From a virus (taxonomy: Duplodnaviria; Caudoviricetes): DNA of 64,000 bases. The DNA lies in IMG/VR virus record IMGVR_UViG_3300043432_000238, positions 1 through 64,000 of that record. One strand, 5' to 3'. The notes below the pieces were generated by a model, which was given only the letters and a program-made list of their open reading frames with translations, was not told where the DNA came from and did no database searches. Each line of letters begins with the position of its first letter. Position 1 is the stretch's first letter. Position numbers and translations under genes: made by a program. Positions 17,066 through 26,301 of the stretch are shown piece after piece.

Positions 17066-17652
17066 GACGGCGTTTCCTCCAAGGATTTCAGGTGCAGATA
17101 GACGCGCTTGCAGGCCAGGAGATCGGCCATGGCGTCGTGAGCGTCGACCAGATCCTCGTTGAAGAAATGCCGGATGCATTCCTCGAGCCTGGGCGCTTTG
17201 GGACCGTTGAAGCCGGCCGCGCGCATACGATCAGTTGGCGGGAGAGCGATGACGGGCTTGGCGCTTTCCATCGTGCAATAGAGCGGTTTCTTCAGCCGCA
17301 TCTCCATGCCCTGCGTGCGCGTCATGGCGGTGTCGATGACCGCCTTGTCGAATTTGATGTTGTGAGCAACGAGCAAATCCGCCCGCTGATGCAAATGGGC
17401 GAAGGTCGCGAGCGCCGATACGGCGGAGACGCCGAATTTAACGCAATGCTCTTCGGTGATGCCGTGAACGGCCTTTGCCCGCTCGGGGATCTCGACGCCA
17501 TTGTCGATGATCAGCGAGAATCCGGCGATCGGCTTGCCGTCCGTGCGGCAAAGCTGGGCCGCAAGCTGCACGATATAGGGCTGCGCGGGATCGGCCAGTG
17601 GCAGATTGTCCCGCGTAAAACCGGTGGTTTCGGTATCGAAGAACAGGATCAT
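17062..17652 (-). CDS. DEDDh 3'-5' exonuclease
   Basis: FFDTETTG, VAHNIKFD, AHDAMAD. Confidence 0.9.
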   Translation of the reverse strand: MILFFDTETTGFTRDNLPLADPAQPYIVQLAAQLCRTDGKPIAGFSLIIDNGVEIPERAKAVHGITEEHCVKFGVSAVSALATFAHLHQRADLLVAHNIKFDKAVIDTAMTRTQGMEMRLKKPLYCTMESAKPVIALPPTDRMRAAGFNGPKAPRLEECIRHFFNEDLVDAHDAMADLLACKRVYLHLKSLEETPS

Positions 17653-18584
17653 GCAGCCTGCTCCTCGGTTTCTTTGATGTTGCGGCGAGTGACGCGCAGC
17701 ACGCGGATCTTCTGCCGGGCGACTTGATACCCGCCCGTCATCTGCGTCTTGCAGGTGATATTGAAGACCGGGTGTTCGCCGCGGTCGGCGTCGCCGAGAA
17801 TGTCGGCGATCTCGGCGTTGATGATTTCGAGCGCCTTCTCTGCGGTGGTGTGCCGTCTGGCCCAGGCGAGCTTTTCCTCGCAAAGAAGGCTGATGCGGTT
17901 GTGGCGCGTGAGGTCGATGCTCTCGCCGCCACCCTTGCTATACACCGAGCGAATGATCTGGCTGTCGCGGCTGTAATCAGCGGGCGGCAGTTCATTCGCA
18001 GCGACGGCCGCCCAGAACGCCGCCGTCTCGGCGATCATGCGATGCTCGGTCGCGGTATGCCGATCGAACTCGTAGACATAGCGCTCGATCTTATAGGGAT
18101 TGCGGATGACCAGCACACCGATTGCGCCCCAGGCGACGCCTGTCAGCATCATTTCGAGCAGCGTCTGCAGGATGATCCACATTGGCGGGCCGTCCTGCCA
18201 CTTCTCGTCGAATTCGGGACCGGCGACGGTCTTGGCCTGCAGGACGCCGTCACCACGATCCTTGCGGTGCACATAGAAATCAGGTGTGCAGCCGAGCCGC
18301 CAATCGGGCGACCACAGATAATCGGTCGCCTTCCTGATCGTCCAATCGGGCCGCTCCTTCTGCACCGCGACAGCGACGGCTGGCTCGAGGATCTCGCCCC
18401 GCTCCAGCACGTCGCCTTCCAATGGCGGCACATCGATCAGCCCTGCCTTATCGGCGTGAAGGGCGTAGCGGGTTTGGTAGGGCGAGCACCCGAACAGGGC
18501 GCCCACCTCAGAACCGTTGATGTTCGGCTTGCGGCGCGCGAGCCATTCCTCGCGCGTCGTGATCCCCCAGCGCTCAATCGACAT
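17649..18584 (-). CDS. YqaJ-like (lambda exonuclease family) viral recombinase
   Basis: WLARRKPNINGSEVGA...LGCTPDF...LQAKT...Y..Q pattern. Confidence 0.88.
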   Translation of the reverse strand: MSIERWGITTREEWLARRKPNINGSEVGALFGCSPYQTRYALHADKAGLIDVPPLEGDVLERGEILEPAVAVAVQKERPDWTIRKATDYLWSPDWRLGCTPDFYVHRKDRGDGVLQAKTVAGPEFDEKWQDGPPMWIILQTLLEMMLTGVAWGAIGVLVIRNPYKIERYVYEFDRHTATEHRMIAETAAFWAAVAANELPPADYSRDSQIIRSVYSKGGGESIDLTRHNRISLLCEEKLAWARRHTTAEKALEIINAEIADILGDADRGEHPVFNITCKTQMTGGYQVARQKIRVLRVTRRNIKETEEQAA

Positions 18585-18864
18585 TGGCCGTGACCTCCGC
18601 CGGATTATAGGGAAATGCCGGATCGCCCTCCGTCGCCAGCCGCAGCGCCATCACAGCGACGCGTACCGCTTCGAGATAGATCTCGTTCGCGCCGACGACG
18701 GCTTGGTCCTTGACGTTCAAGATGAGCGCGGCGGACAGCTCGCCCGTCTGCACGGAGAGCGCGGCGAACAGCCGGGGATGGTGCCTGCGCTCCTCGATGC
18801 TGTGCTCCAGCTCGGTTTGCAGATCGTGGATGAATTTCATCGCCAAATCGAAGCGGGTCATCAC
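18574..18864 (-). CDS. hypothetical protein, weakly MazG-like
   Basis: GELSAAL...EAVRVAVMALRLATEGD. Confidence 0.5.
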   Translation of the reverse strand: MMTRFDLAMKFIHDLQTELEHSIEERRHHPRLFAALSVQTGELSAALILNVKDQAVVGANEIYLEAVRVAVMALRLATEGDPAFPYNPAEVTANVD

Positions 18865-19226
18865 TCGGACTCCCCTTCGTCGTCCGGGGCTATCTCCTCA
18901 AGCGTAATGCGCGCACGGTGGCCGCCATCCTTGGCGACCTCTGACCGCCGGTCCTTTCCACTTTTGGGAGCTTCGTAATTGGAGGGGTCGGCGTAGAATT
19001 CGAGCGCCTTGGCCGTCGTGGTGAGGTGGGTGGCAGAGACGGTCTGGGAAGCGGCTGGCGGAGCGAGGAGCTTTTGCCGCTGGGCCCTGAGTCCGGCGAC
19101 GACCCGGAGGCGGTCGATCTCGTGCTGCAGGAACGCGATCGTCTGGTCATATCCGCGGATCTCCTCGACGGCAAAAAGGGCCTCATGCAGCTTGTTTTCG
19201 GGTTCGGTCTCGGGGGGCCAGGGCAT
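18861..19226 (-). CDS. hypothetical protein
   Basis: Coupled ORF. Confidence 0.55.
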   Translation of the reverse strand: MPWPPETEPENKLHEALFAVEEIRGYDQTIAFLQHEIDRLRVVAGLRAQRQKLLAPPAASQTVSATHLTTTAKALEFYADPSNYEAPKSGKDRRSEVAKDGGHRARITLEEIAPDDEGESE

Positions 19227-19229
19227 GAA

Positions 19230-19553
19230 TTACCTCGCAAAATGAAGGATGATGGGAAATGCGATGAAGCCGCCCCAACCGATGCCGGCGAGTGTCCATG
19301 CCGCCGGCAGCGAGCCCAGGACGTAATGGTAGAAATCCGCGATCCGCCAGGTGATGCGGCGCCAGATGATGACAGCCGCGATCACCACGCATTGCCGGAT
19401 CAGGCCGCAGGCACCCCGCATATGGCGGGCCAGAATGGCCAGCTCGCCGGGAGGCGCTTTATCCGATTGGCACCAGACGATTTCCTGGCGCTTTACCGGG
19501 GCGTAGCGGGAGAAATCGAGATCGCGGTCGCAGACAAGGGCCGGCTCGCTCAT
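19230..19553 (-). CDS. membrane hypothetical protein
   Basis: RBS GGAGGG; hydrophobic C-terminal half. Confidence 0.5.
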   Translation of the reverse strand: MSEPALVCDRDLDFSRYAPVKRQEIVWCQSDKAPPGELAILARHMRGACGLIRQCVVIAAVIIWRRITWRIADFYHYVLGSLPAAWTLAGIGWGGFIAFPIILHFAR

Positions 19554-19896
19554 GCCGCCCTCCGCTCTGTAGAGCATTCCACAATGAGCGCGTCGCGCAG
19601 TTCAGCCAGCGCCTTGTGATGGACGATGCCTTCATACGCCCAGTGGCCGGCTTTGCCTCTTGCCCGGCAGCCTTCGAGTTGGCTTTCGACGATTTCGAGC
19701 ATCTGCCCGCTCGTCAAATCGATGCACCGCTCATAGGACCGGCACAGAAGGCGGAACTGACCTGGGATATCGAGAACCACGCGCACGCCCCGCAAAAGGG
19801 GCCGGCTATCAAGCGGGAGCAAAATAGCCGGCCAGTCTAGGGAGGAAACGCCCGAGGAGGGCTGCGCGCCAGGACAACGAGCTAACCCGCCACGCA

Positions 19897-19989
19897 ACAA
19901 AGTGGAACATTCCACTTTGTGTGACGAGTTTTACGGGACAATACGCGAAGCGTCAATCGAAAATTTCCACATTTCGTGGAAAATTCCAC
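19897..19989. promoter_or_regulatory. leftward operator region with GTGGAANNTTCCAC palindromes
   Basis: ACAAAGTGGAACATTCCACTTTGT (19897-19920) and GTGGAAAATTCCAC (19976-19989). Confidence 0.7.
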
Positions 19990-20850
19990 TCACCAGAGGT
20001 GCGTGGAGGAGATGACGCGTGCGATTCCGAGCACTTCGCCGGCGTTGGAGACGACGACGGGCTCATAGGCGGGATTGAACGCGGTCAGTTTGAACGCAAC
20101 GCCGCGGGCATAGGGGCGCGTCGCCGTATAGATCCGCACAAGCGGATGCTCGTAATCCTGGTGATCGACGAGTACGAGATCGCCAGGATTAATCGTGCGC
20201 ATCGGATCCGCAACAACGACGGAGCCAGGGGCAATAGAGGTTTTATGATCGACCGTCATGGAGCGGTCGTGATCAGGCAAAATATAAGCGTAGCTGTGAG
20301 GGCTTGCAGATACGAGACCCGGCACAGACAGCGATGGCCCCGACATGTTTGCCAGGCTCCCCCGTCCAGTGTTAATATGCCTTATCTCGCTCGCCGTTAA
20401 AATGACTATAAAGCCTACTGCCCTGTTATGTGAAGTTGTTATTTCTGGTTGTTTGATTGGTTGGTTAATTGGCAAAGGCGAAGTGCCGGAACTATCTCGC
20501 GAAATCCCATCATCCGAAGACTTGGCTTTGCGTTTGCGGAAAATTTCGATTTCACTGTCCGGGATCGATGCGTAACCGCCGCGGAGAAAAAACGCGACCG
20601 GGACTTCGAAGAGCGTGGAATACCGCTTGAGGTCGCTCATCCTCGGCCGGCGTTCGGCCCCTTCATGGCTGTAATAGGTGCGCCCGCGTGTGGCCGCCTC
20701 ACTATTGCTCAGCTTATCAAGTGCTTTCGCGACGTCACTGATCTTGGCGAACTTTCTCACACGCGCAGCTTCGAGCCTGGCGCCAAGCAGGGCCAAGTCG
20801 ATCTCTTCGCGCAGCGCGGATAAATCAACTTCTTCGTTGTCGTCGGTCAT
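19990..20850 (-). CDS. CI-like repressor (HTH plus S24 peptidase-like domain)
   Basis: RLEAARVRKF...SHEGAERRP HTH, SM...IAPGSVVVADP; divergent from a Cro-like gene. Confidence 0.82.
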   Translation of the reverse strand: MTDDNEEVDLSALREEIDLALLGARLEAARVRKFAKISDVAKALDKLSNSEAATRGRTYYSHEGAERRPRMSDLKRYSTLFEVPVAFFLRGGYASIPDSEIEIFRKRKAKSSDDGISRDSSGTSPLPINQPIKQPEITTSHNRAVGFIVILTASEIRHINTGRGSLANMSGPSLSVPGLVSASPHSYAYILPDHDRSMTVDHKTSIAPGSVVVADPMRTINPGDLVLVDHQDYEHPLVRIYTATRPYARGVAFKLTAFNPAYEPVVVSNAGEVLGIARVISSTHLW

Positions 20851-20955
20851 TCACGATATGTAACTGATTTTGCCCGCTTCGTCACCACTGGGTTTTGTGG
20901 ATTTTTCTACAATGAGTGGATTGTCTCCACTCTCCTTTTGTGCAATATCGCACTT

Positions 20956-21276
20956 ATGCCTGAAAAATCCGTTAGTTTCCGCGAATGGTTCAACCTCTGG
21001 CCGAGCGTCGCAACGCTCGCCGAGGACATGGGCGTGCCCGCGAACCGGGCCCATCAATGGGTCGCGCGCGGGTCTCTGCAGACCTATTACTGGCGGGATT
21101 TCATCGTCGCCATGGCAGAGCGCCATGGGCTCCTGGTGACGCTGGACGATCTGATCGATGCGACCTGCTGGCAGCGCGAGCAGCGCATCCAAGCCTGCAT
21201 CCGCGGCGCCAAGACTCGCAAGAAGCGCCGCCGCGAGGCCGCCAAGGCGATGGCAGACGATGCGGAGGCCGCGTGA
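20956..21276 (+). CDS. Cro-like HTH protein
   Basis: WPSVATLAEDMGVPANRAHQWVARGS; divergent from cI. Confidence 0.75.
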   Translation: MPEKSVSFREWFNLWPSVATLAEDMGVPANRAHQWVARGSLQTYYWRDFIVAMAERHGLLVTLDDLIDATCWQREQRIQACIRGAKTRKKRRREAAKAMADDAEAA

Positions 21277-21725
21277 TGGCCCGCTGGTCCAAGGATATGG
21301 ACGACCATCTCCTGCGTCTTTCGGCAGCCGCGGACGCTGATCCGGCGATCACATACAGCGTCATGGCGGCGCGCATCAACGAGGCTTTCGGCGCCAATAT
21401 CTCACGCAATGCCATCGCCGGCCGGCTGAAACGCCTGAAAGCCGGCGCGGAACCGAAACCATCGACCTCATGCGCCGTGGCAGACGCTTCCAAACCGAGA
21501 CCGCCAAAGCCCCCGGCATCGGCATCGGCATCGGTGAAGCCGCAATGCCAGCCGGTAGGGCTACTCGCCTTGAAGGCGTCGCAGTGCCGCTGGCCGGTCA
21601 ACGACGACAGCCCGTTCCTGTTCTGCGCCGCGCCGAAAAGCCCGCACCATGCGAGCTATTGCGCGCACCACCACACGCTATCGGAGCGGCGCGTGATCCG
21701 GAACCGCTGGATGAGTGCGCCATGA
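21276..21725 (+). CDS. GcrA-like cell-cycle regulator
   Basis: W...L.L...SRNAIAGRLKRL and LLALKASQCRWPV...FLFCAAP...SYCAHH. Confidence 0.85.
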   Translation: MARWSKDMDDHLLRLSAAADADPAITYSVMAARINEAFGANISRNAIAGRLKRLKAGAEPKPSTSCAVADASKPRPPKPPASASASVKPQCQPVGLLALKASQCRWPVNDDSPFLFCAAPKSPHHASYCAHHHTLSERRVIRNRWMSAP

Positions 21726-22048
21726 GACGATGCCCCGAATGCGGCGAGCGCCCGCAATACACCTCTTTCTGCACCACCTGCGCCAAGCTGTTCAGGCGGC
21801 CAGCTCCGAAATGGGACCGGTACTGGTTCCCGCCGAAAACCTCCCGTCCCGTCCATATCGCCCCGATTTCGCGGCACAATGAGACCGTGGTCGTCCCGGC
21901 AGTTTCCGCCATGCTCGACGCTGGCGCCACTCGCAGAGAGATCGCGGCGCGCTTCGGGAAAACCCACCACTGGGTCGAATGGCTCAGACGCAAATACCAG
22001 TTGCCGGCCGTACGCAAGCGCCGGCAATGCATCGCGAGCGAGACGTGA
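21722..22048 (+). CDS. Zn-finger plus HTH hypothetical protein
   Basis: CPEC...CTTC; TRREIAARFGKT. Confidence 0.6.
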   Translation: MRRCPECGERPQYTSFCTTCAKLFRRPAPKWDRYWFPPKTSRPVHIAPISRHNETVVVPAVSAMLDAGATRREIAARFGKTHHWVEWLRRKYQLPAVRKRRQCIASET

Positions 22049-22049
22049 G

Positions 22050-22544
22050 ATGGCCGGCAAAGTGCGTTATGCCGATAAACAGGCGGAATTCTTGGCGCTC
22101 TGCCGAGACGGCGCGCCGCGCGACCACATTGCAGCCCGGCTCGGCTGGAGCGTCGACCAAGTCAAAAACCTGCATACGTGGCTGCGCTCGATGGGGCAAT
22201 GTCCCTATCCGTTGCTGCGGCGCGCATCTCCGGCCAAACCGCACTGCTCGGTGCTCACCGGCCGCGAGGACGAGATCCGCAAACTATTCGCCGCCGGCCT
22301 CGGCCGGATACGCATCGCCCGCCAGCTTGGCGTCACCGCCAATACCCTCGCCGGCTTCGTCGACCGCCATGGGCTGAGGCCTCCAGAGCGCAAAGGCCGC
22401 GGCAAGACCGGCAAGCTGGTCGGCGACCAGAGGATCACCCTGCCGGCGCTGGCGCTACGGAGCTTGCGCGACTACGGCATCGGCGAGGCCGACATCCGGG
22501 CCGGGGCCGAGATGGCGAAGATGATGGAAATGGAGACCGTGTGA
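22050..22544 (+). CDS. tandem-HTH protein
   Basis: RDHIAARLGWS and RIRIARQLGVTANT. Confidence 0.65.
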   Translation: MAGKVRYADKQAEFLALCRDGAPRDHIAARLGWSVDQVKNLHTWLRSMGQCPYPLLRRASPAKPHCSVLTGREDEIRKLFAAGLGRIRIARQLGVTANTLAGFVDRHGLRPPERKGRGKTGKLVGDQRITLPALALRSLRDYGIGEADIRAGAEMAKMMEMETV

Positions 22545-22550
22545 AATGGA

Positions 22551-23405
22551 GTGCCGAGTGTGAGTGAGTTGCAGACCTATGACGCGCCGCTATCGGGTCA
22601 AATCGTTGATCGCGATGCAATCGAGATCGGTGAGTTCTACGAAGCGGCGCGAAACTCGATTATCGATTCCGTGCGTCATGCGGCCGAAGCCGGACGCCGC
22701 CTAGCTGAGAAGAAGGCATCACTGAAGCACGGCGAGTGGTTGCCTTGGCTTGAAGCGAATGCGGAGGTGCTGGGGTTTGGCTCCGATCGGACAGCACAAC
22801 GTCTCATCGGTTTGGCAAATCCGACGTTAACGTCGGATTTGGACATTATAAGTTGCAAAGAAGCTGTAAATATCAGCCGTAAGTTGTGGGGCAACGAAAA
22901 GGGCGCGGGGCAGCTCATCCAGCAATCCCTCAGCAACGAGCACTATACGCCCGTCGAGTACATCAACGCAGCGCGCCGTGTCCTTGGTGGCATCGATCTC
23001 GATCCTGCCACTTGCCTTCCCGCCAATGAAACGGTTCTCGCGGAAAAGATTTTCACACAAGCCGATGACGGCTTGAGACAGCCGTGGAATGGTCGCGTTT
23101 GGCTGAATCCACCCTATGGCCGGTTTGTCGGCGAGTTCATCTCTAAGCTGATGGCGGAGATCGCAGCACAACGGGTGGCCGCAGCCATTACACTCGTGAA
23201 TGCTCATTGCACGGATACAAGCTGGTTCCAGCCCCTTTGGAATGGCACGCTTTGCTTCACCCATCACCGCATCAATTTCTACGGCGACGACAGTCGGAGC
23301 GGTTCTACGCACGGCAGTGTGTTCGCTTATTTTGGCGATCAGATCGACCTATTCGCTGACGAGTTTCGTCAGTTCGGCGCAGTTGTAAGAGAACTCCGGC
23401 CATGA
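22551..23405 (+). CDS. DUF3102-like domain fused to phage N6-adenine DNA methyltransferase
   Basis: GRRLAEKKASLKHGEWLPWL; GIDLDPA; VWLNPPYG. Confidence 0.85.
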   Translation: MPSVSELQTYDAPLSGQIVDRDAIEIGEFYEAARNSIIDSVRHAAEAGRRLAEKKASLKHGEWLPWLEANAEVLGFGSDRTAQRLIGLANPTLTSDLDIISCKEAVNISRKLWGNEKGAGQLIQQSLSNEHYTPVEYINAARRVLGGIDLDPATCLPANETVLAEKIFTQADDGLRQPWNGRVWLNPPYGRFVGEFISKLMAEIAAQRVAAAITLVNAHCTDTSWFQPLWNGTLCFTHHRINFYGDDSRSGSTHGSVFAYFGDQIDLFADEFRQFGAVVRELRP

Positions 23406-23839
23406 CCATCAGAAACATAGATCACTTCAAAAATGCGCTCTGGGATTACGGCTTCTTGGAGAGCGCTTTCGGCGACACTCGAATCCGCGTGAGCGACAAA
23501 GACGGCGAAGTCGAGCGGAACGGCTTGTTTCTCCATTTTGAATTTAAGACGCCAGGGGTAGGCTTGCCGCGCGGGCAAGAAATAACAATTCATCGAAAGG
23601 TCAACCGCGGCGACACCGTACTGGTGATTTGGGGACACCGGCAACAACCAGAGAAAATGCACATTTGGTATCCTGGCAGCGCCAAGCCGATCAATGTTGA
23701 ACCTGCGACCCTTGAGGACATCTGGAAAGCTACAAATCGCTGGTTTTTATGGGCAAATGCGGCAGGCGGAGCACCATCGAAACGCTATACGAAAGATGTT
23801 CGCTGCCCTGATTTTGCGGACGCGGCTGTTCAGCGATGA
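23402..23839 (+). CDS. PD-(D/E)xK-like hypothetical protein
   Basis: DKDGEVE...FEFK. Confidence 0.5.
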   Translation: MTIRNIDHFKNALWDYGFLESAFGDTRIRVSDKDGEVERNGLFLHFEFKTPGVGLPRGQEITIHRKVNRGDTVLVIWGHRQQPEKMHIWYPGSAKPINVEPATLEDIWKATNRWFLWANAAGGAPSKRYTKDVRCPDFADAAVQR

Positions 23840-24032
23840 AAGCCGTCCGCATGACCCATCCCCGCCCCTGCGGCTGCCTCGCCCGCGATGCCCATGATTG
23901 CCTCGAAGAGCGCCACCGCCGCTGGCCGCGCGAGTCCGGCGATTATTTCCAAGCCGATGGCTGCCGCTGTGCCTGCCATGACGAGCAGCGGCAGGATGGC
24001 GGACGGGCTTCGTCAACAGAGGAGGCGCGGCC

Positions 24033-24467
24033 ATGAAAGGCATCGCCTGCGCCTTCGAGGGCCGTCTCGGCCGTGATGCCGAGATCAAGACCGCCAAGAC
24101 CTCCGGCCGCCAGTTCGTGACGCTCTCGGTGATCGAGGGCCAGGACGACGAGGCGCAATGGCTGAACGTCGTCGCCTGGTCGGAGAGCCTCGCCGAGATC
24201 GCCGGCAACCTAACCAAGGGCACCGAGCTCTACATCGAGGGCAAGCTGACGCTGCGCTCCTGGGAGAGCGAGACCGGCACGCGGTATGGATTATCCGTCT
24301 CCGCCTCGCTGGTGCAGCCCATGGCGCTGATCGGCAGGTCGAAGCCGAAGACGCCGCGGACGCCGACGCGCAAGACCAGCGCCGTCAAATCCCGGCCTGA
24401 CAGCCAAGCGCCGATGGCCTTCGCCGACGGCACCGATATGGACCGCGGCGACGCATTGCCGTTCTGA
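24033..24467 (+). CDS. ssb: single-stranded DNA-binding protein
   Basis: GRLGRDAEIK...WLNVVAW...LTKG..LYIEGKL..RSW; acidic tail DALPF. Confidence 0.88.
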   Translation: MKGIACAFEGRLGRDAEIKTAKTSGRQFVTLSVIEGQDDEAQWLNVVAWSESLAEIAGNLTKGTELYIEGKLTLRSWESETGTRYGLSVSASLVQPMALIGRSKPKTPRTPTRKTSAVKSRPDSQAPMAFADGTDMDRGDALPF

Positions 24468-24482
24468 TCTGATGAGCCATTC

Positions 24483-24716
24483 ATGCCTGATGAGACCGCC
24501 ATCCGCAATCTTGTGCTCGCCGAGCTGCGGATCGCGCATCTGAGGGCCAAATCTGCATTGCAGGAGATCGAGTTCCTCGGCCAGGCGCTGCGCCAGGACA
24601 TCCTGACGGCGGAGGAGATCGTCGAGGCGCTCGACGGCTATGTCGGCTGGACAGGCTTCCTCCAGCCCGAGCTGATGGAGAAAATTCGCAAGGCGTGCGG
24701 GGCCGATGTTGGATAG
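24483..24716 (+). CDS. hypothetical protein
   Basis: ORF between ssb and the helicase. Confidence 0.55.
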   Translation: MPDETAIRNLVLAELRIAHLRAKSALQEIEFLGQALRQDILTAEEIVEALDGYVGWTGFLQPELMEKIRKACGADVG

Positions 24717-26301
24717 CGCACCCACCCCGACCCCACGCCGGCGCTTGGCGCTCGTCGATCAGGGCGCGATCGATGAAGCGTTGCCGCTGATCCGCATCAG
24801 GGCTGGCCAGCTCGCCGGCATCGCCGACGACGCCGAGGCGCATCTGATCGCCGCCGGCGTCCCCTTCTACCGGCGCGGCAACCGCTTGGTCCGTCCGGTG
24901 ATCGATACGGTCCCTGCCTCCGATGGCCGTGAGACCGGCACGCCGCGTCTCGCCGTGATCGACGACGTCTACATGCGTCTGACGCTCGCCCGCCATATCC
25001 GCTGGAAAAAGTTCGACGCCCGTGCCCGCGACTGGCTGCCGGCCGATCCCTCCAAGGACATCGCCGCCACCATCAACGCCCGCTATGGCGACTGGCGCTT
25101 CCCGCCGGTGACCGGCATCATCGGCACGCAGACGATGCGCCGCGACGGCAGCCTGCTCCTGGAGCCGGGCTATGACGCCGTGACCGGGCTGATCCTGGTC
25201 GATCCGCCCGCGCTGCCCGAGATGGTCGCCGAGCCGACCTATGACGATGCCCTCGACGCCTTGATCCTCTTGAAGGAGCTGCTCGCCGAATTTCCCTTCA
25301 GCGGTCCTGGCAGCCTCGCGGTCGCGCTCTCGGCGCTAATTACGCCCGTGGTGCGCGCCAGCCTCGACGCCGCCCCCATGCATGCCACGACCGCCCCGCA
25401 GGCCGGCAGCGGCAAGAGCTACGTTTTCGACGTCTCCTCCGCCATATCGCTCGGCCAGCTCTGCCCGGTGATCGCCGCCGGCAAGACCGAGGACGAGATG
25501 GAAAAGCGTCTCGGCGCGGCGCTGATGGCCGGGCAGCCGATCATCTCGATCGACAACGTCAATGGCGGGCTCGGCGGCGAGATGCTCTGCCAGGCCATCG
25601 AGCGTCCCCTGATCACGCCGCGCATCCTCGGCCGGTCGGAGATCGGCCAGGTGCTGAACCGCGCCACCTTTTTCGCCACCGGCAACAATCTCGCCGTGCT
25701 CGACGACATGACCCGGCGGGCGCTGATGTCGTCGCTCGATGCCGGCCAGGAGCGCCCGGAGCTGCGCCGCTTTGCCGCCAAGCCGGCGCAGGTGGTGCTG
25801 GCCGGCCGCGGTCCCTACATTGCCGCCTGCCTCACCATCGTGCGCGCTTATCTTCTCGCCGGCCGGCCAGCGTGCCTCTCCCCGCTAGCCTCCTTCGAAA
25901 GCTGGTCCGACAGCGTGCGCTCGGCGCTGGTGTGGCTCGGGGAGGACGATCCCGTCGTCACCATGGAAAAGGCCCGCGAGAACGACCCTTGCCGCGTGGA
26001 ACTCGCTACGGTGATGAACGCCTGGGCCGCCGAAATCGGCACCGGCCGCAGCTACGAGATGACCGCGGCCGAATTGTTGCAGCGCGTCAACGAGGGACAG
26101 ATCGGCCTGCATGCCTATCCGCGGTTGCGCGAGGCCATCCATGCCGCTGTCGCGGAAAAAAACCTCAATTCCAAGAGCCTCGGCCGCTGGCTGGCGAAAC
26201 ACGCCGACAAGATCAGCGATGGCCTCAAGCTGAAGAAAATCGCCGATCCCAAACATGGGAACAGCTTCTATCTCGATGATCCGGGCACCCGGCTCCTATG
26301 A
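24706..26301 (+). CDS. replication helicase/NTPase (P4 primase C-terminal-like)
   Basis: Walker A AGSGKS, Walker B IISIDN, TGNN; C-terminal winged-helix-like region. Confidence 0.8.
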   Translation: MLDSAPTPTPRRRLALVDQGAIDEALPLIRIRAGQLAGIADDAEAHLIAAGVPFYRRGNRLVRPVIDTVPASDGRETGTPRLAVIDDVYMRLTLARHIRWKKFDARARDWLPADPSKDIAATINARYGDWRFPPVTGIIGTQTMRRDGSLLLEPGYDAVTGLILVDPPALPEMVAEPTYDDALDALILLKELLAEFPFSGPGSLAVALSALITPVVRASLDAAPMHATTAPQAGSGKSYVFDVSSAISLGQLCPVIAAGKTEDEMEKRLGAALMAGQPIISIDNVNGGLGGEMLCQAIERPLITPRILGRSEIGQVLNRATFFATGNNLAVLDDMTRRALMSSLDAGQERPELRRFAAKPAQVVLAGRGPYIAACLTIVRAYLLAGRPACLSPLASFESWSDSVRSALVWLGEDDPVVTMEKARENDPCRVELATVMNAWAAEIGTGRSYEMTAAELLQRVNEGQIGLHAYPRLREAIHAAVAEKNLNSKSLGRWLAKHADKISDGLKLKKIADPKHGNSFYLDDPGTRLL

